A DNA stretch of 58,530 bases, counting the filler, from Malassezia furfur (lineage: Eukaryota): the NCBI GenBank assembly GCA_052055015.1. It is 2 parts of 2 records of this genome, joined end to end, with 100 filler letters (N's around TTAATTAATTAA, not from the genome) between each part and the next. Parts side by side here need not be neighbours in the genome. Positions count along the whole stretch, not along the records: positions 29,331 to 58,530 come from JBQJIT010000107.1; 1 more part is not named here. One strand, given 5' to 3'. The notes beneath the pieces are model-generated. The model did not search any database and was not told where the DNA came from. It saw only the letters and a list, made by a program, of their open reading frames with translations. A program made the translations under genes and the position numbers. This document shows, in pieces, positions 46,867-56,036 of the stretch. The stretch's first letter is position 1, and the number at the start of each line of letters is the position of its first letter.

Positions 46867-47886
46867 ATGTCTACCGACAACCCGAAAATCCTGCCGAGCG
46901 CGAACAGCGCCGAAAAGACCGCGGCGCTTTCGCGCGGCTCCGGTAACCTCGGAACGTTCGGTGTGAAGAGCGGTCTCGCGCAGATGCTCAAGGGCGGTGT
47001 CATCATGGACGTCGTCAATGCGGAGCAGGCGCGCATTGCGGAGGAAGCCGGTGCATGTGCTGTCATGGCGCTGGAGCGCGTTCCGGCAGACATCCGTGCG
47101 GATGGAGGTGTGGCACGCATGTCGGATCCTGCGATGATCCAGGAGATCATCGACGCAGTCACCATTCCGGTCATGGCCAAGTGCCGTATTGGCCACTTTG
47201 TCGAAGCGCAAATCCTGCAGGCGTGCAACGTGGACTATATTGACGAAAGCGAGGTGCTGACGCCGGCGGATGACGAGCACCATATTAACAAGCACAACTT
47301 CAAGGTGCCGTTTGTTTGCGGTTGCCGCAACCTGGGCGAAGCGCTGCGCCGCATTAGCGAGGGCGCTGCCATGATCCGCACCAAGGGTGAGGCCGGTACT
47401 GGCAATGTGGTTGAGGCCGTGCGTCACCAGCGCACGGTCCAGGCTGAGATTCGCCGTGCCGCGAGCATGAGCGACGATGAGCTGTATGCCTATGCGCGTG
47501 ACCTCAAGGTACGTCGGGCTCCTTTGTTGGCTTACATCAGGCTCCCTTCCATCTGCTGAAAGAGACGGCGCGTCTGAAGCGCCTGCCTGTGGTGAATTTT
47601 GCCGCGGGCGGTGTTGCGACGCCGGCCGATGCTGCACTCATGATGCAGCTCGGCAGCGATGGTGTGTTTGTTGGCTCTGGTATTTTGTACGTGCAATCGT
47701 ATGCAACTGACCGGTAGCAAGGGCGAGAATCAGGCGGAGCGTGCTAAGGCCATTGTCCAGGCGGTGGCACACTACAATGATGCACAGAAGCTCGCTGAGG
47801 TGTCTTCGAACCTCGGCGAGGCGATGGTTGGTCTGACGATCTCGGACAACATGAAAGGCGGCAAGCTTGCAACGCGGGGCTGGTAG
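46867..47886 (+). CDS. SNZ1: Pyridoxal 5'-phosphate synthase subunit (Pdx1/Snz1); introns 47509-47540, 47687-47717
   Basis: [60 protein letters not shown] and C-terminal ATRGW. Confidence 0.97.
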
Positions 47887-48148
47887 ATCGGTGCCTTGCC
47901 CCGCTCATCGATTGGGTTTCCCTGTGCATGTGGGTTTCCGAAAATATCTCCGTACATATCTCATAAATGAAATGCGGCAGAACTGCAGGTCCCACGTGGC
48001 CGACGTTCCCAAGTGCGCGGTCGTCGGTTTGGACGACGACAGCGCCAGATCAGAGCTAATATTGGCTTCGTGGCTGTCACTGGGTCCTTTGTCTCTACCC
48101 CCCGTGTACCCGATTGATCAAGTGTCTTTTGTTTGAACTTACCGGATT

Positions 48149-50704
48149 ATGGTGCCTGTAGAAATGGCACCTCCTCCGACGCATTCATATTCGCAAGCGG
48201 CATCCCATGGCCCCAGTGCTCGGGTCGCCAGTGCGGCGGGCCCGCGCTCTGGGCCTGCGGCTGAGTCGCTACCGGTTTCTGTGGGCAGCACAACGCTTCC
48301 TGTGCCCTATGTGGATGTGCGACACCGCACGCCACCCCCGCACGAGCTGTCGCGTCTGTCCCCGCGCGCCTCTTCCGCGATGCCCCACGAAGTTGCCGAT
48401 GGAGCCCCGATGGTCCCTGCTAGTGACAGCATGCCACCGATCCTCTCGAAGCTGAGTGCTGCCAATGAGCAAACGTGGCTTTCCATTGGCTCTGCGGCCG
48501 AGGCGATGGAAGACTACACGAGGGCGCTATCGGCGTACGATTCGGCGCTGCTGCACAATCCGTACTCGGTGCCTGCACTGAGTGCGATGGCGACCATGTA
48601 CCGTACGCTGGATCACTTTGATCTCGCCGTCGAGTGTTTCCAGCGCGTGCTGAATATCACGCCGGACAATGGCGAGGTATGGGGTGCGATGGGCCACTGT
48701 TACCTGATGATGGATGAGCTGCAGAAGGCGTACACCGCGTACCACCAGGCGCTGTACCACCTGCCGAACCCCAAGGAGCCGAAGCTGTGGTACGGCATCG
48801 GCATCCTGTACGACCGCTACGGGTCGCTGGAGCATGCGGAGGAGACGTTCACGAGTGTGGTGCGGATGGACCCCAACTACGAAAAAGCCAACGAGATCTA
48901 CTTCCGTCTTGGCATCATCTACAAGCAGCAGGGCCAGTACGAGTCGAGTCTGGAGTGCTTCAGGTACATCTTGAACAACCCTCCCAAGCCGCTCACCGAG
49001 ATGGACATCTGGTTCCAGATCGGCCACGTATACGAGCAGCAGGAGGAGTACCAACGCGCAAAAGAGGCATACGAACGCGTCTTGTCTGAGAACCCCAATC
49101 ATGCCAAGGTGCTCCAGCAGCTCGGTGGCCTGTACATGCAGTCTGCAACGGGCTTCTCGGACCGCGAGATGGCGATTCAGCTCCTGTCCCAGAGCCTCGA
49201 CTCGGACCCGAGCGACCAAAAAGCGTGGTACCTCTTGGGCCGCGCCTACATGGATGCAGAGGAGTACAACAAGGCGTATGAGGCGTACCAGCAGACCGTG
49301 TACCGCGACGGCAAGAACCCTGTGCTATGGTGCTCGATTGGGATCCTCTACTTCCAGATCAGTCAGTACCACGATGCACTCGGCGCCTACTCGCGCTCGA
49401 TCCGGTTGAACCCGTACATCCCCGAGATCTGGTTCAACCTCGGCATCCTGTACGAATCGTGCAACAACCAGATCTCGGATGCGATCGACGCATATCGCCG
49501 CGTCCTCGAGCTCGAGCCGGAGAACACCACGGTGCAGCGCCGGCTGCAGCTGCTGCAGGACGCCGAGAGCTCCGGAAAACCCGTCCCATCGATCCCTGCG
49601 CCGCGCGACGTGAACCCCGCGCTGTTCTTCACCGCCGCACCCCCGCCGGGCTCGCCGCACCCCGCCGACGAGGCGCGCGAGGGCGCCGAGGGCGCTGCGC
49701 GGCCACCCAAGGACGCCTACCTTCCCCCGCACGACGTCGCTGCGGACAGCTCGGTGGATTTCCCGAAAGGCATGCGCGCGCCGCCAGACATTGACACGCC
49801 GCCGCGTCGCCGCACCGACGATGCCCACCACACCTCGCCCAAGCTGCCGTCGTACGCGGCGACCTATGCCGACTACCGCCACGAGGCGACTGGTCCTGGC
49901 TACAGCAGCGCGGGCCCCACGTCCAACCGGTACTACCAGGCCGAGCCGTATGAGTGGGATCGGCAGTACTACGGCAGCGGCTATGAGCCCGGCCCGCGCG
50001 GTGAACTGATGCCCCCGTCGATGGGCGGCGCTCGCTCGTCGTCGATGCGCTATGCCTACGACGCGCCGTCGGAACGTACACACTACGACATGCGCTCTGG
50101 CCGCCCTTACAACTCGATGCGTAATCCCAGCATGGCGCCGCACGCGCCACGCGGACCGGACGAGTACCGCGAAGAAACGCCGCGTGAGTCAGCAGTGCTC
50201 GATGCGCGCCGCGCGCGGAGACCCGTCGCTGAGCCTCGGCGTGCGCACGATGTGCCCGAGACACGGTCGCCGCGGGCCACGCACGCCGACGCCGTGCGCA
50301 AGCCGAGCGGATCGGCGGCCCGCATGTCCAAGCCCGAGGCGCGCGCCGAGCCGCCGCGCGCGCCGGCGCCGCTGCGTACGCGGGAAGTGGACGAGGACTA
50401 CGACGATGGCGCAGCGAGTGCACTTATGGGCCTCGCTGGCGCGGCCGCGTCGGCATACGAGGCTTCCAACGCTGAGCGCCAGCGCGAGTCGGAGGCCTCG
50501 AGTGACCAAGCGAACAAGCACACCATTGAGGCGCCCGTACCCCCCGAGCCGGCGAAACGGGCACGCAGCGATGCCGAGGCACCGAGTGCTGGCGACATGT
50601 CGCTAGACGAGATGGCGCCCAAGCACCCCGCCGGAGGAGTCGAGGGTCCCCCCCCATCCAGCGCGCCCGATGCGTCGGGCGGAGCCTCCACGGAGCGTAC
50701 CTGA
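48149..50704 (+). CDS. SSN6: General transcriptional co-repressor Ssn6/Cyc8 (TPR)
   Basis: ANEQTWLSIGSAAE, PKEPKLWYGIGILYDRYG, KANEIYFRLGIIYKQQ, DIWFQIGHVYE, YESCNNQISDA and late motif VDEDYDD. Confidence 0.95.
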   Translation: MVPVEMAPPPTHSYSQAASHGPSARVASAAGPRSGPAAESLPVSVGSTTLPVPYVDVRHRTPPPHELSRLSPRASSAMPHEVADGAPMVPASDSMPPILSKLSAANEQTWLSIGSAAEAMEDYTRALSAYDSALLHNPYSVPALSAMATMYRTLDHFDLAVECFQRVLNITPDNGEVWGAMGHCYLMMDELQKAYTAYHQALYHLPNPKEPKLWYGIGILYDRYGSLEHAEETFTSVVRMDPNYEKANEIYFRLGIIYKQQGQYESSLECFRYILNNPPKPLTEMDIWFQIGHVYEQQEEYQRAKEAYERVLSENPNHAKVLQQLGGLYMQSATGFSDREMAIQLLSQSLDSDPSDQKAWYLLGRAYMDAEEYNKAYEAYQQTVYRDGKNPVLWCSIGILYFQISQYHDALGAYSRSIRLNPYIPEIWFNLGILYESCNNQISDAIDAYRRVLELEPENTTVQRRLQLLQDAESSGKPVPSIPAPRDVNPALFFTAAPPPGSPHPADEAREGAEGAARPPKDAYLPPHDVAADSSVDFPKGMRAPPDIDTPPRRRTDDAHHTSPKLPSYAATYADYRHEATGPGYSSAGPTSNRYYQAEPYEWDRQYYGSGYEPGPRGELMPPSMGGARSSSMRYAYDAPSERTHYDMRSGRPYNSMRNPSMAPHAPRGPDEYREETPRESAVLDARRARRPVAEPRRAHDVPETRSPRATHADAVRKPSGSAARMSKPEARAEPPRAPAPLRTREVDEDYDDGAASALMGLAGAAASAYEASNAERQRESEASSDQANKHTIEAPVPPEPAKRARSDAEAPSAGDMSLDEMAPKHPAGGVEGPPPSSAPDASGGASTERT

Positions 50705-50831
50705 GCACCTACCACGTGAACCGTGCCCAGCCCGTGCTGCATATACGCTTAGATAATCGTTACCCCATCCCGCTAGAGCCCACGGGCATTTGGCCGCTGC
50801 CCACGGTTTGTTGCGCTCTGCCATTGCCGCG

Positions 50832-52031
50832 ATGGGGTTGCTGGACCATGTTAGCTCTGCTGTGAACAAAACGAGTCAAAATCTGAAGCCGGGCAAAGAA
50901 GACCGTGCGCCAGAGGGCGCAGCCGCGGAAGATACCGAAGAGCTCGATGAGGAGTCGGGCAACATTCTTCTTAGTCTTATCAGCCAACTTCGCATCGGCA
51001 TGGATCTGCACAAGGTGACGCTGCCCACGTTTGTGCTGGAGCCGCGGAGTATGCTTGAGCGGATTACCGACTTCTTGAGCCACCCCGAGATGATTTTTGG
51101 CGCAGACAAACTGCAGTCGCCCGAGGAGCGCTTTGTGGCCGTGCTTGCATACTACATGTCGGGCTGGCACATCAAACCCAAGGGCGTCAAGAAGCCCTAC
51201 AACCCGATTCTCGGTGAATTTTTCCGGTGCTCCTACAACTACCCCGACGGGAGCAAGGGGTGGTACATTGCTGAGCAAGTGTCGCACCACCCGCCCATCA
51301 GCGCGTTCTACTACGTCTCCGCGGAGAACAATCTACTAATTTACGGCGATTTGCGCCCGCGGAGCAAGTTCCTGGGGAACTCGGCTGCCACTTTGATGGG
51401 TGGCGAGACTAACGTGGCGCTGCTCCAGCGTCCCGAGGACGGCACGTACCGCATTAGCATGCCGAACATGTACGCGCGTGGCATCATGTTTGGGCGCATG
51501 GTGCTGGAGCTGGGTGACACGAGCGAGGTCGAGAACAAAAACAACGACCTGTCGAGTGAAGTGGAATTCAAGGTGAAGGGCTACTTCACGGGCACCTACA
51601 ACGCGGTCGCGGCCAAGGTGCAGCGTGGGAACAAGACGATCGGCGAGCTGAGTGGGAAATGGAGTGACAGGATGGAATACAAGAACCTGCAGTCGGGCCA
51701 GACGCGCGTGCTGTTTGACGCACACAAAGCTTCGGCGGTCCAAAAAGAAGTGCCTCCACTTGAGCACCAGGAGCCCATCGAGTCGCAGCGCCTGTGGGCA
51801 ACAGTCACCGAGGGCATCAAGAAGAAGAACATGGGCCTTGCGACGGAGGCCAAGACGGCAATCGAGGAGGCACAGCGTGAGCAGGCGCGCCAGCGCGAGG
51901 CCGAGGGCAAGTCGTGGTCGCCACACTTTTTCAAGCTGCTCCCCGACGGACGCTACGTGCCCAAGCTCGAGGCGCTCCCGCAGCCGTACCACCCCCCGAA
52001 CGTGGAGAAATACTTTGCGTCGGGTGTCTAG
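50832..52031 (+). CDS. Oxysterol-binding-protein family lipid transfer protein, Osh6/Osh7-like
   Basis: GMDLHKVTLPTFVLEPRSMLER, KKPYNPILGE and EQVSHHPP. The LPTF(I/V)LE motif is typical of the PS/PI4P exchangers. Confidence 0.92.
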   Translation: MGLLDHVSSAVNKTSQNLKPGKEDRAPEGAAAEDTEELDEESGNILLSLISQLRIGMDLHKVTLPTFVLEPRSMLERITDFLSHPEMIFGADKLQSPEERFVAVLAYYMSGWHIKPKGVKKPYNPILGEFFRCSYNYPDGSKGWYIAEQVSHHPPISAFYYVSAENNLLIYGDLRPRSKFLGNSAATLMGGETNVALLQRPEDGTYRISMPNMYARGIMFGRMVLELGDTSEVENKNNDLSSEVEFKVKGYFTGTYNAVAAKVQRGNKTIGELSGKWSDRMEYKNLQSGQTRVLFDAHKASAVQKEVPPLEHQEPIESQRLWATVTEGIKKKNMGLATEAKTAIEEAQREQARQREAEGKSWSPHFFKLLPDGRYVPKLEALPQPYHPPNVEKYFASGV

Positions 52032-52077
52032 GCATAATCTCGCACATATAGTACCGTACCTTGACCGTTTATGTAGT

Positions 52078-52840
52078 TCACTCTGCCTGGCTCGAATGAC
52101 CGCTCTCCCCCGACGACGCACTGTGCGCCGACTCCTCGACAAAAAAGTGTTGTGGAGGCAGCAGCCAATCGGGCACGTAGTCGATGGGCGGTAGGGTGAC
52201 GAGGTCCGTGTCGAACATTTCAATGAAGCATTCGTTGGCGCTGCGCGAGAGCGATCCGGCAAAGCCGCGGTACTGGCGGTGTAAGTGGGGAGCGCGCGAC
52301 CTACCTCGACCAAGATGCTCAGAATGTTCCAGCCCTGCATCTTGCGCAGGCAGCCCAGCAAGGTGCCCGTCTCGAAAATTCCGGCTCTGCGTGAGTGACT
52401 TGTGCAACGTACGTGTCCGTCACGAGCACCGGGTGGTTTCGCACGTCGAGCAGCAGCTCGAGTGCTTCCTTAACGATGGACTCAAGCACGCTGGACGAGT
52501 TGATTTCGTGCGGCGACATGAACAAGCGACTCGCCTTGGATGCCGCGCCGTACGTATGCATCATGCCCGCAACGTTGGGTGTCGGCCATCTCCGCTCGAT
52601 GCCAAAGTGATGCAGCTCGATATGGTTCTTGGCGCAAAATGACTCGAGGGTCGTGGAGGGGTACTCGATCGAGAGCAGCACGATGCTGCGCAGCCCGAGG
52701 GATGCGAGAAATGCGAATGACTCAGGCGTGGATGATGGGTCGCCACTGCGGAAAATATGGGGGCACACATGGGCAAATTCCGGCGGGGTTGTGGCTGCAG
52801 CGAGCTCGACCGTGGGCAGCGCCTCCGTCCGCGCGCTCAT
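52078..52840 (-). CDS. Siw14/OCA-family (Y_phosphatase2) protein with degenerate P-loop, Oca4-like; introns 52387-52412, 52273-52304
   Basis: PPEFAHV..IFRS, FLASLGLRSIV and ALELLLDVRNHPVLV-TDTAGIFETG-TLLGCLRKMQGWN...EYRGFAG...NECFIEMFD. Confidence 0.85.
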
Positions 52841-52941
52841 CGCATCGAGTCAATGCTGAGTCAGCGCGCGCGTTGGGGTTGGCCCCTGCGCAGGGGCCAC
52901 CGCGCGGTGTATTTGAGGCGCGAGTGGCGTTGTGGGCCGCC

Positions 52942-54729
52942 ATGGATACGGCCATGGACCGATTGACCGAGGGGTTCGTGCATCTCGGATGTGCGGACCC
53001 GTCGGCTACGAATGATCTAGACAAACAAGCATGTTTATCACGACAACTACGACGCATGATAGACCGCGGGGGTGGCGAGGTGCTCGTCGCGCTCGTCGGC
53101 GAGGCCAGTCCCCCGCGGGGCACGTACGAGGTGCTCCACGTGCCCTGGGAGCTGCACACGGCATGTTGCGAGCAAATCGAGGCGGCGGCCACGACGCTTG
53201 GTGCGTGTGTTACGCAGCCGTACGCCTCGGCGGCGTACCAGCGCACGGTGCTGCTCGTGCGTGCGGTGCCGCGGGTCGAGGAGGAGCACATCGAGGTGCG
53301 CGTTGCGATCGTCGGCAACGTGGACGCCGGCAAGAGCACGCTGCTGGGCGTGCTGACCAAGGGCGCCCTGGACGACGGGCGAGGGCGCGCGCGCGTGGGC
53401 CTGTTCCGGCACAAGCACGAGCTGGACACGGGGCGTACGTCGAGTGTCGGCACCGAGGTGATGGGCTTCCGTGCGGACGGCCATCCCGTCGTGGAGCTGC
53501 ACGCGGATAGCACTGCGGCACGGCGTGTCGCGTGGGAGACGGTGTGTCGCGAGGCGGCCAAGGTCGTGTCGTTTATCGACCTCGCGGGCCACGAGCGCTA
53601 CCTCAAGACGACCGTGTACGGCATGACCAGTGGGCTGCCCGACTACGTGGTGCTCATGGTCGGTGCAAATGCCGGACTGATTGGGATGAGCAAGGAACAC
53701 CTGGGGATTGCGCTGGCGCTCGGCATCCCCGTGTGTGTGGTGGTGACCAAGGTGGACATGTGCCCTGCACACGTCCGCGAGGCGACGCTGAAGCAGATCT
53801 TCAAGGTGCTGCACTCGCCTGGGTGTCGCAAGACGCCCGTGCGCATCGACAGTGCCGAGGCACTCGCCGACGCCGCGGCGCAGCTTCCCGTGGAGCGCAT
53901 CTGCCCCGTGTTTGAGGTGAGCAACGTCACGGGCGAGCACCTCGACTTGCTGCGCAACTTCTTCAACCTGCTGCCCTCGAGCCAGGCGCGCTACGTGCCG
54001 CTGCAGCACGAGCCCGTCGAGATGCCCATTACGGACGTGTTCAGCGTGCCGTTTGTTGGGACGGTCGTGTCCGGCGTGCTGACGTCCGGCGTGGTGAATG
54101 CCGGCGACACGCTGCTGCTTGGCCCAGACAGCCTGGGCCAGTTTGTGCCGTCGGCGGTGCGCTCCATCCAGCGCAAGCGTGTCCCGGTCGAGAGCGCCAG
54201 CGCGGGGCAGTCGGTGAGCTTCGCGCTGAAGCGCATCCGGCGCAACCAGGTGCGCAAGGGCATGCTGCTCCTTGCGCGCACGGCGCAGGCGCCCGTGGCG
54301 CATCAAGAGTTTGAGGCCGAGGTGCTCTGTCTGTACCACAGCACCACGCTCTCGCTTGGCTCGTGCATTGTGCTGCACGCTGCCAGCATCCGGCAGACGG
54401 TGCGGATCGTGGCGATCGCCAAGATGGACGCACATGCGGCGCGCCCGACAGCGGCGCTGCGCCACGCCACGGACGACACTAAGCCCGTGGTGCGCATGGG
54501 CGACCGCGCGCGCGTCCGGCTCCAGTTTCTGGCGCAGCCCGAATACATCCGGCCAGGTACCAAGCTGATTGCGCGCGAGGGCAAGACGCGGCTTGTGGGC
54601 GTCGTGCGCGACGTCGGCGATGGAATGCAGCTGACGCCCGCGGCGCCAGCGCCGTGGCGCGCGGCGCGCCCAGCAGGGCCCGCGGCGCTGGCGCCGCCGT
54701 CTGCAACACGCCTGTCGGGAACTGCGTAG
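52942..54729 (+). CDS. GTPBP1: GTP-binding protein 1-like translational GTPase
   Basis: GNVDAGKST, LDDGRG, LFRHKHE, GRTSSV, FIDLAGHERYLKTT and TKVD, followed by EF-Tu-like beta-barrel domains. Confidence 0.9.
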   Translation: MDTAMDRLTEGFVHLGCADPSATNDLDKQACLSRQLRRMIDRGGGEVLVALVGEASPPRGTYEVLHVPWELHTACCEQIEAAATTLGACVTQPYASAAYQRTVLLVRAVPRVEEEHIEVRVAIVGNVDAGKSTLLGVLTKGALDDGRGRARVGLFRHKHELDTGRTSSVGTEVMGFRADGHPVVELHADSTAARRVAWETVCREAAKVVSFIDLAGHERYLKTTVYGMTSGLPDYVVLMVGANAGLIGMSKEHLGIALALGIPVCVVVTKVDMCPAHVREATLKQIFKVLHSPGCRKTPVRIDSAEALADAAAQLPVERICPVFEVSNVTGEHLDLLRNFFNLLPSSQARYVPLQHEPVEMPITDVFSVPFVGTVVSGVLTSGVVNAGDTLLLGPDSLGQFVPSAVRSIQRKRVPVESASAGQSVSFALKRIRRNQVRKGMLLLARTAQAPVAHQEFEAEVLCLYHSTTLSLGSCIVLHAASIRQTVRIVAIAKMDAHAARPTAALRHATDDTKPVVRMGDRARVRLQFLAQPEYIRPGTKLIAREGKTRLVGVVRDVGDGMQLTPAAPAPWRAARPAGPAALAPPSATRLSGTA

Positions 54730-54746
54730 CGCTATATGATCGATGC

Positions 54747-55997
54747 TCATGTACGGGTGGCGGGTTTCGAGGGGTTGTTCCAACTGAGGAGATTGAGGTC
54801 GCCCGGGCGGCGCGGCTTAACGAGCTGCTTGGCGGCGAGGATCAGTGCAAGCGCGAAGCACAGCACCGCGACCGAGATGTGCAGCAGGCCGAGCTCGAGG
54901 TTGCGCCCGCCGACCCAGGTGGTGGTGCTGATGATCATCGCCTTGGTCCCGTCGTACATGGCGACGGGGTAGTTGTCGTCGATGGTCACGCGGTAGCGCC
55001 CGACGGCCATGGGCTCGTCATCGTTGCGCTTGTACAGCTTGCGGAAGGTCGGGAAACTCGCGGTGCGCATCCACACCTGGAAGTGCTCGTCTTCGCGCGG
55101 GTTGAACACCTGGCCCTCTTGGTATCCGTTCGGATACCCATACGGACCCGTGGCGCCCTGCCAGAAGGGCGGGGGCACAATGTCGCTCGCGTTGTACGTC
55201 GGTGCCGCGTACCGCTTGTACTCGCCAGACCACACGATCCCCTTCTCGCTCATCGTGTAGTTGCGCACGGGCTGCGACGCGGCATCCAGCAGCACGGGGT
55301 CGGAGAAGGTGTCGTTGAACATGCTATTGGCGATCAGGCCGCACGGATAGATGCCCTTGCCCGTCGCGGGGTCGCGACCGACCGGCTTGCACTGCCCGTC
55401 GTGCAGCTGCTTCGCGGTGCGTGGTTTGCTGAGCATCTGCTCGTAGTCGACACTCTTGAGGTACCGCCGGTGGTTTTGGTAAAAGTTGGTCAGCCGGTAG
55501 TAGAGGAACACGCCGCCGCTCAGCTCGTTCGGCACACTGAACGAGACCGTGCACCGGTACGCTGCTGGGTTCCCCTCGGGCACAGGGATCGGCGTTACAG
55601 ACCACTGCGGGGGGGCATACGCCGACGTGTTGAGGTTGTGGAAGTGGTACCACACCTTGTCCGCGGGGATGTCCACGGGCGCCTGGTTCGGCGGCAGCCG
55701 GCGGCAATCGGTGTAGTCGATGGTCAGCTCGTTCACCAGTTCCACCGACCAGTAGGCCACAGCGCCGATGATCGCGAACAGCACGCTGATGCCCACCAGC
55801 AGCGGCAGCACAGTGGCATGCGTCAGCAATGGGTGCCACGCCTTGAGACGCTGCTGCCGCAGCGCCGTATTAGCCGGGCGCTGCAGCATATACGGCTTCT
55901 TGGGTTCCTTGGCATCCTCATTGTCATCCAGGCGGTCCTCATCCGCGTCCGCGTCTTCGCCGCGGCGGCCCCACCGCGGACGTAGTCTCGACAACAT
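54747..55997 (-). CDS. CDC50: Cdc50/Lem3-family P4-ATPase (flippase) beta subunit
   Basis: RPANTALRQQRLKAWHP, YYRLTNFYQNHRRY, YPCGLIANSMFNDTF, FQVWMRTA, GGRN and KPRRPGD...LSWN. Confidence 0.93.
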   Translation of the reverse strand: MLSRLRPRWGRRGEDADADEDRLDDNEDAKEPKKPYMLQRPANTALRQQRLKAWHPLLTHATVLPLLVGISVLFAIIGAVAYWSVELVNELTIDYTDCRRLPPNQAPVDIPADKVWYHFHNLNTSAYAPPQWSVTPIPVPEGNPAAYRCTVSFSVPNELSGGVFLYYRLTNFYQNHRRYLKSVDYEQMLSKPRTAKQLHDGQCKPVGRDPATGKGIYPCGLIANSMFNDTFSDPVLLDAASQPVRNYTMSEKGIVWSGEYKRYAAPTYNASDIVPPPFWQGATGPYGYPNGYQEGQVFNPREDEHFQVWMRTASFPTFRKLYKRNDDEPMAVGRYRVTIDDNYPVAMYDGTKAMIISTTTWVGGRNLELGLLHISVAVLCFALALILAAKQLVKPRRPGDLNLLSWNNPSKPATRT

Positions 55998-56002
55998 GGT
56001 GG

Positions 56003-56009
56003 TCACGTG
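56003..56009. promoter_or_regulatory. TCACGTG E-box in the 39-nt CDC50/TBC divergent interval (representative of 13 promoter-proximal CACGTG sites)
   Basis: Motif read directly. Recurrence described in findings. Confidence 0.55.
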
Positions 56010-56036
56010 GCGACCAGGCCGCTGCTCCGCCCCCAT

